From NCBI RefSeq assembly GCF_001306055.1, contig NZ_LGHJ01000011.1:180001-212000 (forward strand): a stretch of 32,000 nucleotides of DNA, given 5' to 3'. Positions within the stretch are counted from its first letter, which is position 1. Each line of letters opens with the position of its first letter. The translations under genes were made by a program, and so were the position numbers. Shown in pieces: positions 17,223-26,020 of this stretch. The DNA comes from Bellilinea caldifistulae. Its GTDB lineage: Bacteria; Chloroflexota; Anaerolineae; Anaerolineales; Anaerolineaceae. The notes under the pieces were generated by a model. It had not been told where the DNA came from. It worked only from the letters and a program-made list of their open reading frames with translations, and made no database searches.

Positions 17223-18188
17223 CTAGTACCAGATGCGGAACCACGACTGGGCGCGGGCTTCCTCACCGTTTGCCGTGACCAGCACTTCCAGCGTCACCAC
17301 CTGACGCGGCTGCCACTCCCCCACGTTAAAGGTGAGTTTGCTGATGCCATTGGCATCGGTATTGTTCAGGCGGTAAGCCGCCCGCTCCCCATCCGGATAT
17401 TCCAAAACGACCGAAACCTCGGCGCCTTCCACCGGCTGCCGGAAGCGGTCAATCACCACCACAAACAGCGTCTGGCTGCTTTGCGGGCCGACCAGCGGGC
17501 GGGCAAAGAAGGCATGTGCCACCGGGAAACGCTGCCGGCCGGGGATGGCGCTGCCAATTGGGCGGCCGGCTTCCAGGTCACGCTGCACCAGATCAAAGTG
17601 ACGCTTGCCCAAATCGGTCAGCACCACATGGGTTTCGGCCTGTCGTTCGGGCTGCCACTCCATGCGTACCTTCTCAAAGTATTGCACATAACGCCCCTCG
17701 CGGATTTCCAGGTCCGAAATCGGATTGCCGAAGTTGACCTCGCCGTTGTTGGCGTCGTAGTACTGCAAAAAGGCGTAGCAGACGCTCTTGCCGGTCGCCG
17801 GAAAACGCCGGCAGGTAGGACCTTCGGTGGGAACCGGTGCCAGCGGTCCGGCGCCGGGGTACAGCAACTCACCCAGATTGGCGACCACCACCCGCTCACC
17901 TTCCGGTGTGCGGACTAAATCAAAACGTGCCTTGGTAAAGTACTGCATTCGCGTGCGAATACCAAATGAAGAAACCCCCTCAAATTCCTGCGTAATCGGC
18001 AGGCCGTAAATTTCCAGCGGGTTCGGCACGCTGTAATACTGCGCCAGAAACGCGCCGCTGACGTAGAAGCCCGTGCCGAAATCCTCCCCCTGCGGCGGGG
18101 TAGGCGTTTGGGCATAGCCTGTTCCCAGTGAAAGGGAAAGCAGCCCGGCCAGCGTCAACAGGAAAATAAGCCGAAAGATACCCCTCAT
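17223..18188 (-). CDS. Secreted hypothetical protein with two internal ~70-aa repeats and a C-terminal Ig-like beta domain
   Basis: Signal peptide: MRGIFRLIFLLTLAGLLSLSLGTGYA/Q. Repeats: ...YGLPITQEF...MQYFTKARFDL...VVVANLGELLY and ...FGNPISDLE...VQYFEKVRMEW...VVLTDLGKRHF. Confidence 0.6.
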   Translation of the reverse strand: MRGIFRLIFLLTLAGLLSLSLGTGYAQTPTPPQGEDFGTGFYVSGAFLAQYYSVPNPLEIYGLPITQEFEGVSSFGIRTRMQYFTKARFDLVRTPEGERVVVANLGELLYPGAGPLAPVPTEGPTCRRFPATGKSVCYAFLQYYDANNGEVNFGNPISDLEIREGRYVQYFEKVRMEWQPERQAETHVVLTDLGKRHFDLVQRDLEAGRPIGSAIPGRQRFPVAHAFFARPLVGPQSSQTLFVVVIDRFRQPVEGAEVSVVLEYPDGERAAYRLNNTDANGISKLTFNVGEWQPRQVVTLEVLVTANGEEARAQSWFRIWY

Positions 18189-18196
18189 ACGGTTTT

Positions 18197-18225
18197 ATTA
18201 TAGTATGTGGTTTGCTTTAATGCAA
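18197..18225 (-). promoter_or_regulatory. Near-consensus promoter placed for a leaderless transcript of the 17223..18188 gene
   Basis: On the minus strand, TTGCAT (18225-18220), a 17-nt spacer and TATAAT (18202-18197). Only 8 nt (AAAACCGT) separate the -10 from the ATG at 18188, and there is no SD. Confidence 0.55.
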
Positions 18226-18267
18226 TTCGATTCAGCGATCAATTTTGAAATTTCGTGTATTATTTTT

Positions 18268-18308
18268 AATAAATAAAGGCTGCCGGGCAATCTGCGCGCC
18301 CCGCAGCC
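18268..18308 (-). terminator. Intrinsic terminator downstream of the 18332..19027 gene
   Basis: The minus-strand RNA GGCTGCGGGG-(11 nt)-CCCGGCAGCC pairs as 6 bp, one mismatch and 3 bp, followed by TTTATTTATT. Confidence 0.5.
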
Positions 18309-18331
18309 TCCGGGTGGGGGATTACACCCCC

Positions 18332-19027
18332 TTACTGCTCCATCGAGACCTCGAACACCCACGGACCTGTGATGACATCGTGGAAGGCATCGCTGACCAC
18401 TGACCGCGCTTCCAGTTCGCTCATTTCCGCCGGTTTTTCAAGCACCTCAAAACCGAAGGAATATTCACCGTGCTGACAAGTGAAGCGGATCGGCACACCG
18501 CTCTGGAGCAGTTTTTGTTGGGCGGCCTCGCAATCCGGTTGTTCGGGAGCCGAGGTGGCAATTCGTTCGATGACAATCCGGGCATCGGCAAAGCTTATCC
18601 CAGCTGGCAGTTGAAAGCGGTTGAGGGTGCATTGCACACTGCGCCCCTCGACTTGCGTCATCCCTTCCAGCAGCATGGTGGCATACTGGTCGCGCAACTC
18701 GCGCTCGCCAGCAATCAGCGCCATCCGATCAGCCGCCCAGTCGGATTCAAACGGAACTTCGTAGCACAGTTTGAAACTGAGTTGGGCGGAGCTGACCTTC
18801 AGATCGCTCAGTTGCATCCAAACGCCACCGGCTTCAGCGGTGTAAGCCGCCGGACCACTCTGGGTGTTCGCATCTTCCTTCAGGAAGGGTGAAGCAGGGG
18901 CTGCCTCATCCCCATTCGGTTTGGCGAAGACCGCCCCACTAAGCAGCAGACCCACCCCAACCAGCGCGATGACGAGCAGGCCAATCAGCGATAGATAGGC
19001 TGTTTTAGTGTAGTTTTTGTTTTTCAT
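18332..19027 (-). CDS. Membrane-anchored hypothetical protein (single N-terminal TM helix, ~190-aa extracytoplasmic domain)
   Basis: ATG 19027 (MKNKNYTKTAYLSLIGLLVIALVGVGLLL) has AAGGAG upstream; the track start at 19066 is unsupported. The C-terminal ...ITGPWVFEVSM loosely recalls DUF4179-type extracytoplasmic domains. Confidence 0.55.
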   Translation of the reverse strand: MKNKNYTKTAYLSLIGLLVIALVGVGLLLSGAVFAKPNGDEAAPASPFLKEDANTQSGPAAYTAEAGGVWMQLSDLKVSSAQLSFKLCYEVPFESDWAADRMALIAGERELRDQYATMLLEGMTQVEGRSVQCTLNRFQLPAGISFADARIVIERIATSAPEQPDCEAAQQKLLQSGVPIRFTCQHGEYSFGFEVLEKPAEMSELEARSVVSDAFHDVITGPWVFEVSMEQ

Positions 19028-19077
19028 CTCTTTATACTCCTTATACCTATTTTCCAAATGGAACAAACAGGAATTCT

Positions 19078-19509
19078 TTATGGAACACAGGGGGAATACA
19101 CCATTGAGTTAATCGGTGAGTTACTTACCATACCACAGGCGTACATTCCAGCACCATCCGCACTGTAGCGTTGGGCTGAATAAACCTTTTCTCCATTGCC
19201 TATGGGAGCGGAAGAAGCCGTGTAGTAATAATACTTGAGAGTGGCATTAGCATACTTGTTTATGCCACTCACATTGGTGGTACGCGCCCAAAATGTTGAA
19301 CATTCTGTGGATTTTCTTAGTTCGATAAAAGCTCCATTACTCGTGGTTGAATAGAGGCGAATGGCGGTTGCGTCACAACCGGTAGAATTTGGATTTAAAC
19401 CATTACACCCACTACCGGAACACGTTGCAGCTTCTACCGTCAACACCCCAATACCCAGAACCATGATGGCTCCAATGAAGATGATCAACAGGTATATTTT
19501 ACTGCTCAT
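19078..19509 (-). CDS. Secreted Cys-rich protein, DUF2690-like (assigned from memory of the family)
   Basis: It has an N-terminal TM/signal segment. CNGLNPNSTGCDATAI...IELRKSTECSTFWARTT resembles the DUF2690 core (C-x-G-x-dP-x3-GC ... L-R-x-S-x2-C-x-T-x-WA). It has six cysteines. The gene is visibly AT-richer than its surroundings. Confidence 0.55.
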   Translation of the reverse strand: MSSKIYLLIIFIGAIMVLGIGVLTVEAATCSGSGCNGLNPNSTGCDATAIRLYSTTSNGAFIELRKSTECSTFWARTTNVSGINKYANATLKYYYYTASSAPIGNGEKVYSAQRYSADGAGMYACGMVSNSPINSMVYSPCVP

Positions 19510-19794
19510 AGAGACTACTTCCTTTTCATCACTTCCATCAACATCTGTAATCTATATAGCATATTAGCGCCAAGATTGGAAGTACCGCTGGTCACATCCC
19601 CCACCATGACTTTGACCCCTATCGAACAGTTCGATTTTTCCGATGATCTACGCGTATCGGTTACGTCCTTTCAAATTGTTTTCTTTTTCAAAATTGGGAT
19701 GCATCGAATCTATCACAAAGGTGGTGGGTTTTGTAAAAAAAGCAAGCCGGTAGTACTATGATGGTATCCAAGATTCCAGTACACCGAGCTTGCC

Positions 19795-20328
19795 ATGTCT
19801 ATTGTGCTGCTTCGATTACCCAAAGTCAAGTATTATCAGGAAAATCGTCCACAGAAATGTTGATATTGCGGGGGTGAAATATTCCAGCGTTGGGGAGGGG
19901 CGGTCAAACGGCTAACTGATCCGCGCTTGAAAGAGGCCTGGGTGTACCGCTATCGCTGCTGCCGTTGTCGGAGGACTTTTCGCCATTATCCGGAAGGGGT
20001 CGAACGGGCTCGTCAAACGGTACGGATGCGGGCCTTAGCGGCAATTGGATGGGTATTTGGGATGAGTTATCAGAAGCTTTCCCTGTTTCTGACTGCCTTT
20101 GGGGTTGTGTTGAGTGCGATGAGCCTGTGGCGGGATGTCCAGCAGCGGGCTGAGGAATTGCGGCGAGAACGCCTGCACCGGCGGGTACGTGTTCTGGGCG
20201 TGGATGGGGCCTATGTGCGGGGCTGGGGAAAAACTCAACCGGTTTTGGTGGCGGTGGACATCGGTCGAGGGCAACCGCTCACGGTTGGGTATGCTCTTCG
20301 CTTCCACTTTGACAGAAACTCCCTTTGA
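19795..20328 (+). pseudogene. Decayed zinc-finger DDE-type transposase with an in-frame stop and a 3' truncation
   Basis: Reading from ATG 19795 gives MSIVLLRLPKVKYYQENRPQKC*YCGGEIFQRWGG...YRYRCCRCRRTFRHYPEG...VLGVDGAYVRGWGKTQPVLVAVDIGRG. The TGA at 19861-19863 falls inside the first CxxC pair. The reading frame ends soon after the first putative catalytic-Asp region. Confidence 0.6.
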
Positions 20329-20502
20329 TGTTAAAATATATCAACTGATTATAAAAAAATCACTCAGGCGGGAACGTTTTCGTTCGTGAGCCCTGCAACC
20401 TGGCGGGGTTTTGTTTTGAAACCTGATTTAGAACCTTAAACACACGTCTGTTGTGTTTTTAAACAAAAAAATCTTTATAAAGGAAAAAGAGTACCAGAAT
20501 AA

Positions 20503-22146
20503 ATGAAGGACAAAAAAATCCGTATTATCCCCCTCGGAGGTTTGGGGGAAGTTGGGCGTAACATGATGGTCTATGAGTACGGCGATGAAATCATCGTCGT
20601 GGACGCCGGCCTGATGTTCCCCGACAGTGACATGCTCGGCGTGGATTACATCATCCCCGACATCTCCTACCTCCTCGAACGGCGCAACAAGATTCGCGCC
20701 ATCATCATTACGCACGGGCACGAGGATCACACCGGCTCCATCCGCCACGTGGTGGAGCAGATTCAGGCGCCCATTTACGCCACCCCCTTGACACGCGGCT
20801 TAATCGAGGTCAAACTGGCCAAAAACGGCCTGCTCGACCGGGTTGAACTGCACACCGTTCAGGCCGGCGATACGCTGGAAATTGGCAGTTTCAAAATTGA
20901 GTTTTTCCACGTCTGCCATTCGATTCCCGACGGGGTGGGGCTGGGCATCACCACCCCGCTGGGGCTGATCGTTCATCAGTCCGATTACAAGTTTGACCAT
21001 ACACCGGTGGATGAAAAGCCCAGCGACTACGCCAAACTGGCCGAGTTTTCTCAACGCGGCGTGCTGGCTCTGCTGGCCGATTCGACCAATGCCGAGCGCG
21101 CCGGCTGGACGCCTTCCGAAAAGGTGATTGACGATGCCTTCGACCGCGTCTTCAAGGAAGCGCCCGGTCGCATCATCATTGCCAGCTTCGCCTCCCTCAT
21201 TTCGCGGATGCAGCAGGTGGCTAATGCCGCCCAGCGTCACGGCCGCAAACTGGCGTTTGTCGGTACCAGCATGGTGGACAACGTCAAAATGGCGCGCAAA
21301 CTGGGCTATCTGGATATTCCCGAAAAATTGCAGGTGTCCATTGAGCAGGCGCTGACTCTGCCGCCTGACGAGGTGGTGATCATGTGCACCGGCTCGCAGG
21401 GCGAGCCTTCCTCCATCATGGGACGGCTTTCCACCGGCACCAACCGGCTGTTCGACATCATCCCCGGCGATACGGTGGTGCTTTCCTCGCATCCCATCCC
21501 CGGCAATGAGGAAAACGTCTACCGCACCATCAACCGCCTGTTCCAGCGCGGCGCCAATGTAATTTACGAGGCAATTGCGCCGGTGCATGTCTCCGGTCAT
21601 GCCAGCCAGGAGGAGATGAAACTGCTCATCCACCTGACCCGGCCGAAATTCCTCATCCCCATCCACGGCGAACTGCGCCAGCTGCACCAGCACGCTCTGC
21701 TGGCCCAGCAGGTGGGCATCCCGCGTGAGAATATCGCCATCATCGAAAACGGGCAGGTGCTTGAACTGGATGGAAAAAGCCTGCGGCTGGCAGAAAAAGT
21801 GCCGACCTCGTACGTCTTTGTGGAAGGCTCCAGCGTGGGAGAGGTGGATACCGATGTGATGCGCGAACGTGAGATTCTGGCACGCGATGGGATTGTGCTG
21901 GTCAACGTGGTGCTCGACCGCTTCAGCGGCGGGCTGCGCCGCGAGCCGCAGATCACCAGCCGCGGTTTCATGCTCTCACGCGAAAGCGAAACGGTGATGG
22001 AAGAAGCCCGCAAGCGGGTGGCCGGCCTGATCGGCAGCAGCCTGAACGGCAACCTCAGCCGCGACATCGAAAAGGAATTGAGCAATTACATCTACAACGA
22101 AACCCACCGCCGCCCGATGATCTACGTAACCGTTTCCCGCGAGTGA
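20503..22146 (+). CDS. rnj: Ribonuclease J
   Basis: N-terminus IRIIPLGGLGEVGRNMMVYEY. The metallo-beta-lactamase motif ITHGHEDHTGS, a beta-CASP region and the conserved HVSGHASQEE are present. Length 547 aa. Confidence 0.92.
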   Translation: MKDKKIRIIPLGGLGEVGRNMMVYEYGDEIIVVDAGLMFPDSDMLGVDYIIPDISYLLERRNKIRAIIITHGHEDHTGSIRHVVEQIQAPIYATPLTRGLIEVKLAKNGLLDRVELHTVQAGDTLEIGSFKIEFFHVCHSIPDGVGLGITTPLGLIVHQSDYKFDHTPVDEKPSDYAKLAEFSQRGVLALLADSTNAERAGWTPSEKVIDDAFDRVFKEAPGRIIIASFASLISRMQQVANAAQRHGRKLAFVGTSMVDNVKMARKLGYLDIPEKLQVSIEQALTLPPDEVVIMCTGSQGEPSSIMGRLSTGTNRLFDIIPGDTVVLSSHPIPGNEENVYRTINRLFQRGANVIYEAIAPVHVSGHASQEEMKLLIHLTRPKFLIPIHGELRQLHQHALLAQQVGIPRENIAIIENGQVLELDGKSLRLAEKVPTSYVFVEGSSVGEVDTDVMREREILARDGIVLVNVVLDRFSGGLRREPQITSRGFMLSRESETVMEEARKRVAGLIGSSLNGNLSRDIEKELSNYIYNETHRRPMIYVTVSRE

Positions 22147-22152
22147 GCCGCA

Positions 22153-23094
22153 TCAGGTTTTCAGCAGGCCGGCAAGTTCCTCAACATCGCCCGGTGTGAG
22201 TTTCCATTCGAGGGCGCGCAAGTTGGCCTGTACCTGATCCAGCCGGGTGGCGCCGGCAATCACCGAACAAACCGAGGGTTGGGCAAGTAGCCAGGCAATG
22301 GCCAGTTCGTTCAGCGTGTGGCCGTGATCCTGCGCCCAGCCCTCCAGCCGTTCGATGCGGTCGTAAAAGGCGTCGCTCATAAAGCCCTGCACATAGGCTG
22401 AACTTTCGCCGCGTGAACCGGGCGGAGCCGGCTGACCGCGGCGGTACTTGCCGGTGAGAAAGCCACCCGCCAGCGGAAAGTACGGCACAAAACCGACCCC
22501 GAACTGGCGGCAGTAGGGAAGAACCTCGCGCTCCACCTCGCGGTTGAGCAGATTGTACTCGGACTGGATGACGGTGAATGCCGTCCAGCCACGCACCTCG
22601 GCAAGCAGATTGGCATGGGCTAACTGCCAGGCCGCATAATTGGAACAGCCCAGATAGCGCACCTTGCCGGCGCGCACCAAATCGTCCAAAGCGCGCAGGG
22701 TTTCCTCAATCGGCGTGTTTTCGTCCCAGCGGTGGGTGTAATACAGGTCAATGGTATCGGTCTGCAGGCGGCGCAGGCTGGCTTCTACCGCCTCCAGAAT
22801 GTGATGACGGGACAGGCCGCGCTCATTCACCCCTTCACCGGTCGGGAAGAATACTTTGGTGGCGATGAAGAACTTGCGCCGGCGGGCGCCTTTCAGCGCT
22901 TCGCCGATGGTTTCTTCGGATCGCCCACCGGTGTAGATATCGGCGGTATCGAGATGGTTGATGCCGGCTTCCTCGGCAAAATCCAGCAGGCGGTTGACTT
23001 CCTCCTGGGGCATCTTTTCGGAGCCAAAGCGGTTGGTGCCGATCCCAATCGCCGAGACCTGAACCCCGCTGCGTCCAAGCGGTCGGTATTCCAT
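22153..23094 (-). CDS. Aldo/keto reductase family oxidoreductase
   Basis: ATG 23094 (MEYRPLGRSGVQVSAIGIGT) lies 8 nt after GGAGG; the track start at 23190 is unsupported. AKR motifs: LDTADIYTGG, YYTHRWD, GCSNY. Confidence 0.85.
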   Translation of the reverse strand: MEYRPLGRSGVQVSAIGIGTNRFGSEKMPQEEVNRLLDFAEEAGINHLDTADIYTGGRSEETIGEALKGARRRKFFIATKVFFPTGEGVNERGLSRHHILEAVEASLRRLQTDTIDLYYTHRWDENTPIEETLRALDDLVRAGKVRYLGCSNYAAWQLAHANLLAEVRGWTAFTVIQSEYNLLNREVEREVLPYCRQFGVGFVPYFPLAGGFLTGKYRRGQPAPPGSRGESSAYVQGFMSDAFYDRIERLEGWAQDHGHTLNELAIAWLLAQPSVCSVIAGATRLDQVQANLRALEWKLTPGDVEELAGLLKT

Positions 23095-23345
23095 AATCAG
23101 ACCTCCGTCGGGTGGAATTGATTTGATTTTACCGCAAGGAATGTAAAGACAAGAAAGAAAAGGTGGAGAAAGCCTTGTACAATCCCTCAAACGGGTGACT
23201 CGACAAGCCCCTAAACTCTGGTAGAATCATAAAAAAGAAAACCAATTGACCGCTGCACACCGCAGCACGTTTCGGGGAATTTGCCCCATCGTTATCGGCC
23301 CATTCAAGCGAATGAATGGTTTGACAGGTTAAGGAGGATGACACC

Positions 23346-25859
23346 TTGTCCAGCATGGAACGTTTTACCCAACGAGCACGCCGCGTGCTGAGTCTGGCGC
23401 ATCAGGAAGCCGAACGAATGCGCCAGTCCCAAATCAGCACCGAACATCTGCTGTTGGGGCTCATTCAAGAAGAAGGCGGGATTGCCGGCCGTGTGCTGCG
23501 CGACCTTGGATTGGAACCCGAACGGGTGCAGGAAATGGTCGAACGGCTGAGCGGCATTGGGCAATATCGCGGTGGAAAAATTGACCTTTCAGCGGGAGTC
23601 CAGCAGGTGCTGGAATTTGCGATTGACGAAGCCCGCCGCATGGGACATCATTATATCGGCACCGAACATTTGCTGTTGGGGCTAATCCGCTCCACCGAGG
23701 GACGGGCAATGGATGTCCTGCGAAAATTGGGGATTACCCCCGAACAGATCCGCCGCCAAACCCGCCGTGTGCTGCAAGAAAGCAGCGGCAGTCCCCAAAC
23801 GGGCGCCTCCCGCAGCAGTCAGGCAGCTCAGAGCCAACAACGGCAGGAACAGAAGAGCCAGAAAACCACCCTCGTGGATCAACTGGCTACCGACCTCACT
23901 GCCCTGGCAGAAGAGGGTAAACTGGACCCGGTCATCGGGCGTCAAATGGAAATTGAGCGCGTCATCCAGATTCTGGCGCGCCGCACCAAGAACAACCCGG
24001 CCTTGATCGGCGAGCCGGGCGTCGGCAAGACCGCCATCGTCGAAGGACTGGCTCAGCGGATTGTCGAAGGCGATGTGCCGGCGCCGTTACTGGGAAAGCG
24101 AGTTTTGCAGCTGGATGTCGGCTCACTGGTGGCTGGCACCATGTACCGCGGGCAATTTGAAGAGCGCCTCAAACGGGTCATTGATGAATTGAAGGCTTCC
24201 GGGGCGATCCTGTTCATTGACGAAGTCCACATGCTGGTGGGCGCCGGTTCAGCGGGCTCCTCGGTGGATGCTGCCAACATCCTCAAACCGGCCCTTTCGC
24301 GCGGCGAACTGCAGGTGATCGGCGCAACAACCCTGGATGAATATCGCAAACACATCGAAAGCGATGCGGCTCTGGAACGCCGCTTCCAGCCGATCATGGT
24401 CAACGAACCGACCGTGGAAGAGACCATCCAGATCCTGCACGGCATCCGAAGCGCCTATGAGGAGCATCACCGCCTGCAAATTTCGGATGAAGCCATTGAA
24501 GCCGCGGCGCGCCTTTCGGCTCGCTATGTGACGGAACGCTTCCTGCCCGATAAAGCCATTGACCTGATTGACGAGTCTTCCTCACGGGTGCGCATGTACA
24601 AGAGCAAAGCCGCCACCACCGCCAAAGAGATCATGGCTAAACTGCGCGAGGTGCGCGCCAACCACAATCTGGCGCTGGAAGACGGCCGCTACGACGACGC
24701 CCAGGAACTGCAAGAACTGGAAGCCCGTCTGGAGAGCGAACTGGAAAACCTGCGCTCCGGCTGGGATCGCAGCACCAGCCCGGTGGTCACCGCCGATGAC
24801 ATTGCCGAAGTGGTTTCCATGTGGACGGGCGTGCCGGTCATGCAGATGGCACAGGCTGAATCGGAACGGCTGCTGCACATGGAAGACGAACTACGCAAGC
24901 ACATCATCGGCCAGGAAGAGGCTATTCAGACCATCTCCAAAGCCGTGCGACGCGCCCGCTCTGGCCTGAAAGACCCGCGCCGTCCAATTGGTTCGTTTGT
25001 GTTTCTTGGTCCGACCGGCGTCGGTAAAACCGAACTGACCAAAGCCCTGGCACGTTTCCTGTTCGGCAGTGAAGATGCCCTGATTCAACTGGACATGTCC
25101 GAATTCATGGAACGCCACACCGTCAGCCGCCTGGTAGGTGCTCCTCCCGGTTACGTGGGCTACGAAGAAGCCGGTCAGTTGACCGAAGCGATCCGCCGGC
25201 GACCGTATTCGATTGTGGTGTTCGACGAAATCGAAAAAGCCCACCCCGAAGCCCATAACATGCTGCTGCAGATCATGGAAGAGGGTCACCTGAGCGATGC
25301 GCGTGGCCACAAAGTGGATTTTCGCAACACCATCATCGTGATGACCTCCAACATTGGCGCGGACATGATCAAACGCCAGAGCAATCTGGGCTTTCCGCTG
25401 CAGCGCGATGAAGCCGAAGAGGAAAAACAATCCTACGAGGAAATGCGCAAGAAGCTGACCGACTCGCTCAAGCGGGTTTTCCGCCCCGAGTTCATCAACC
25501 GGCTCGACTCGGTGATTGTCTTCCGCGCGCTCAACCGCGAGGATATTCAAAAGATCGTCTCGCTGGAATTGAACAAAGTGGCCGAGCGGCTGGTTGAAAA
25601 CAACATCCGCCTGCGGGCAACCGATGCGGCCATTCAACTGCTGGCGGAATTGGGCTACGACCCGGATATGGGCGCCCGTCCGCTGCGGCGGGTCATTCAA
25701 AACAAAATTGAAGACCGCCTTTCGGATGCCCTGCTGGCCGGTGAATTCCGCGAGGGAGATACCGTGGTGGTGGATGTCAACGAAGATCAGGATATTACCC
25801 TGCGCAAAGAAGACAGCCCCTCCGGCGAACCCGAAAAAACGCTGGAAGCCAGCGTGTGA
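23346..25859 (+). CDS. clpC: ATP-dependent Clp protease ATP-binding subunit ClpC (class I AAA+ with two Clp_N repeats)
   Basis: Clp_N repeats (FTQRARRVL...STEHLLLGL twice), Walker A motifs GEPGVGKT and GPTGVGKT, and a short UVR-like middle domain are present. The TTG at 23346 lies 8 nt after AAGGAGG; the alternative ATG at 23355 would give MERFTQRA. Confidence 0.92.
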   Translation: MSSMERFTQRARRVLSLAHQEAERMRQSQISTEHLLLGLIQEEGGIAGRVLRDLGLEPERVQEMVERLSGIGQYRGGKIDLSAGVQQVLEFAIDEARRMGHHYIGTEHLLLGLIRSTEGRAMDVLRKLGITPEQIRRQTRRVLQESSGSPQTGASRSSQAAQSQQRQEQKSQKTTLVDQLATDLTALAEEGKLDPVIGRQMEIERVIQILARRTKNNPALIGEPGVGKTAIVEGLAQRIVEGDVPAPLLGKRVLQLDVGSLVAGTMYRGQFEERLKRVIDELKASGAILFIDEVHMLVGAGSAGSSVDAANILKPALSRGELQVIGATTLDEYRKHIESDAALERRFQPIMVNEPTVEETIQILHGIRSAYEEHHRLQISDEAIEAAARLSARYVTERFLPDKAIDLIDESSSRVRMYKSKAATTAKEIMAKLREVRANHNLALEDGRYDDAQELQELEARLESELENLRSGWDRSTSPVVTADDIAEVVSMWTGVPVMQMAQAESERLLHMEDELRKHIIGQEEAIQTISKAVRRARSGLKDPRRPIGSFVFLGPTGVGKTELTKALARFLFGSEDALIQLDMSEFMERHTVSRLVGAPPGYVGYEEAGQLTEAIRRRPYSIVVFDEIEKAHPEAHNMLLQIMEEGHLSDARGHKVDFRNTIIVMTSNIGADMIKRQSNLGFPLQRDEAEEEKQSYEEMRKKLTDSLKRVFRPEFINRLDSVIVFRALNREDIQKIVSLELNKVAERLVENNIRLRATDAAIQLLAELGYDPDMGARPLRRVIQNKIEDRLSDALLAGEFREGDTVVVDVNEDQDITLRKEDSPSGEPEKTLEASV

Positions 25860-25864
25860 TCCCA

Positions 25865-25900
25865 CAAAAAACAGAGGGCAGAAATGCCCTCTGTTCATTT
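25865..25900. terminator. Bidirectional intrinsic terminator after clpC
   Basis: ACAGAGGGC-AGAAAT-GCCCTCTGT is a 9-bp stem. It is flanked by AAAAAA on the left, which gives a T-run on the minus strand, and by TCATTT on the right. Confidence 0.7.
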
Positions 25901-26020
25901 AATCTGGCTTTACCGTTCCTCTTGTGCTGCGCCTTAAATTGCTTCAGCGAATTGGGGAAGATATCTCCCCAACGGCTGTACGGGAGACCGCCACGCCACC
26001 TGCTGGTGGGATGTTCCCAC

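Noticed and set aside
19576-19761. A 61-aa ORF in the AT-rich spacer upstream of the transposase relic.
   Set aside because: It has no RBS and a hydrophobic, low-complexity translation, and it overlaps the putative IS promoter region. It is likely non-coding.
19861-19863. The in-frame TGA in the transposase as a selenocysteine or programmed recoding site.
   Set aside because: No SECIS-like hairpin follows it. The gene is also truncated at its 3' end and sits in a degraded context, so simple pseudogenisation is the more economical explanation.
19716-20427. The similar strings GGTGGGTTTTGT (about 19716) and GGCGGGGTTTTGT (about 20405) flanking the transposase relic, as possible IS ends or target duplications.
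   Set aside because: They are direct rather than inverted. They are short, imperfect and T-rich, and the second looks more like a terminator T-tract. That is not enough to define element boundaries.
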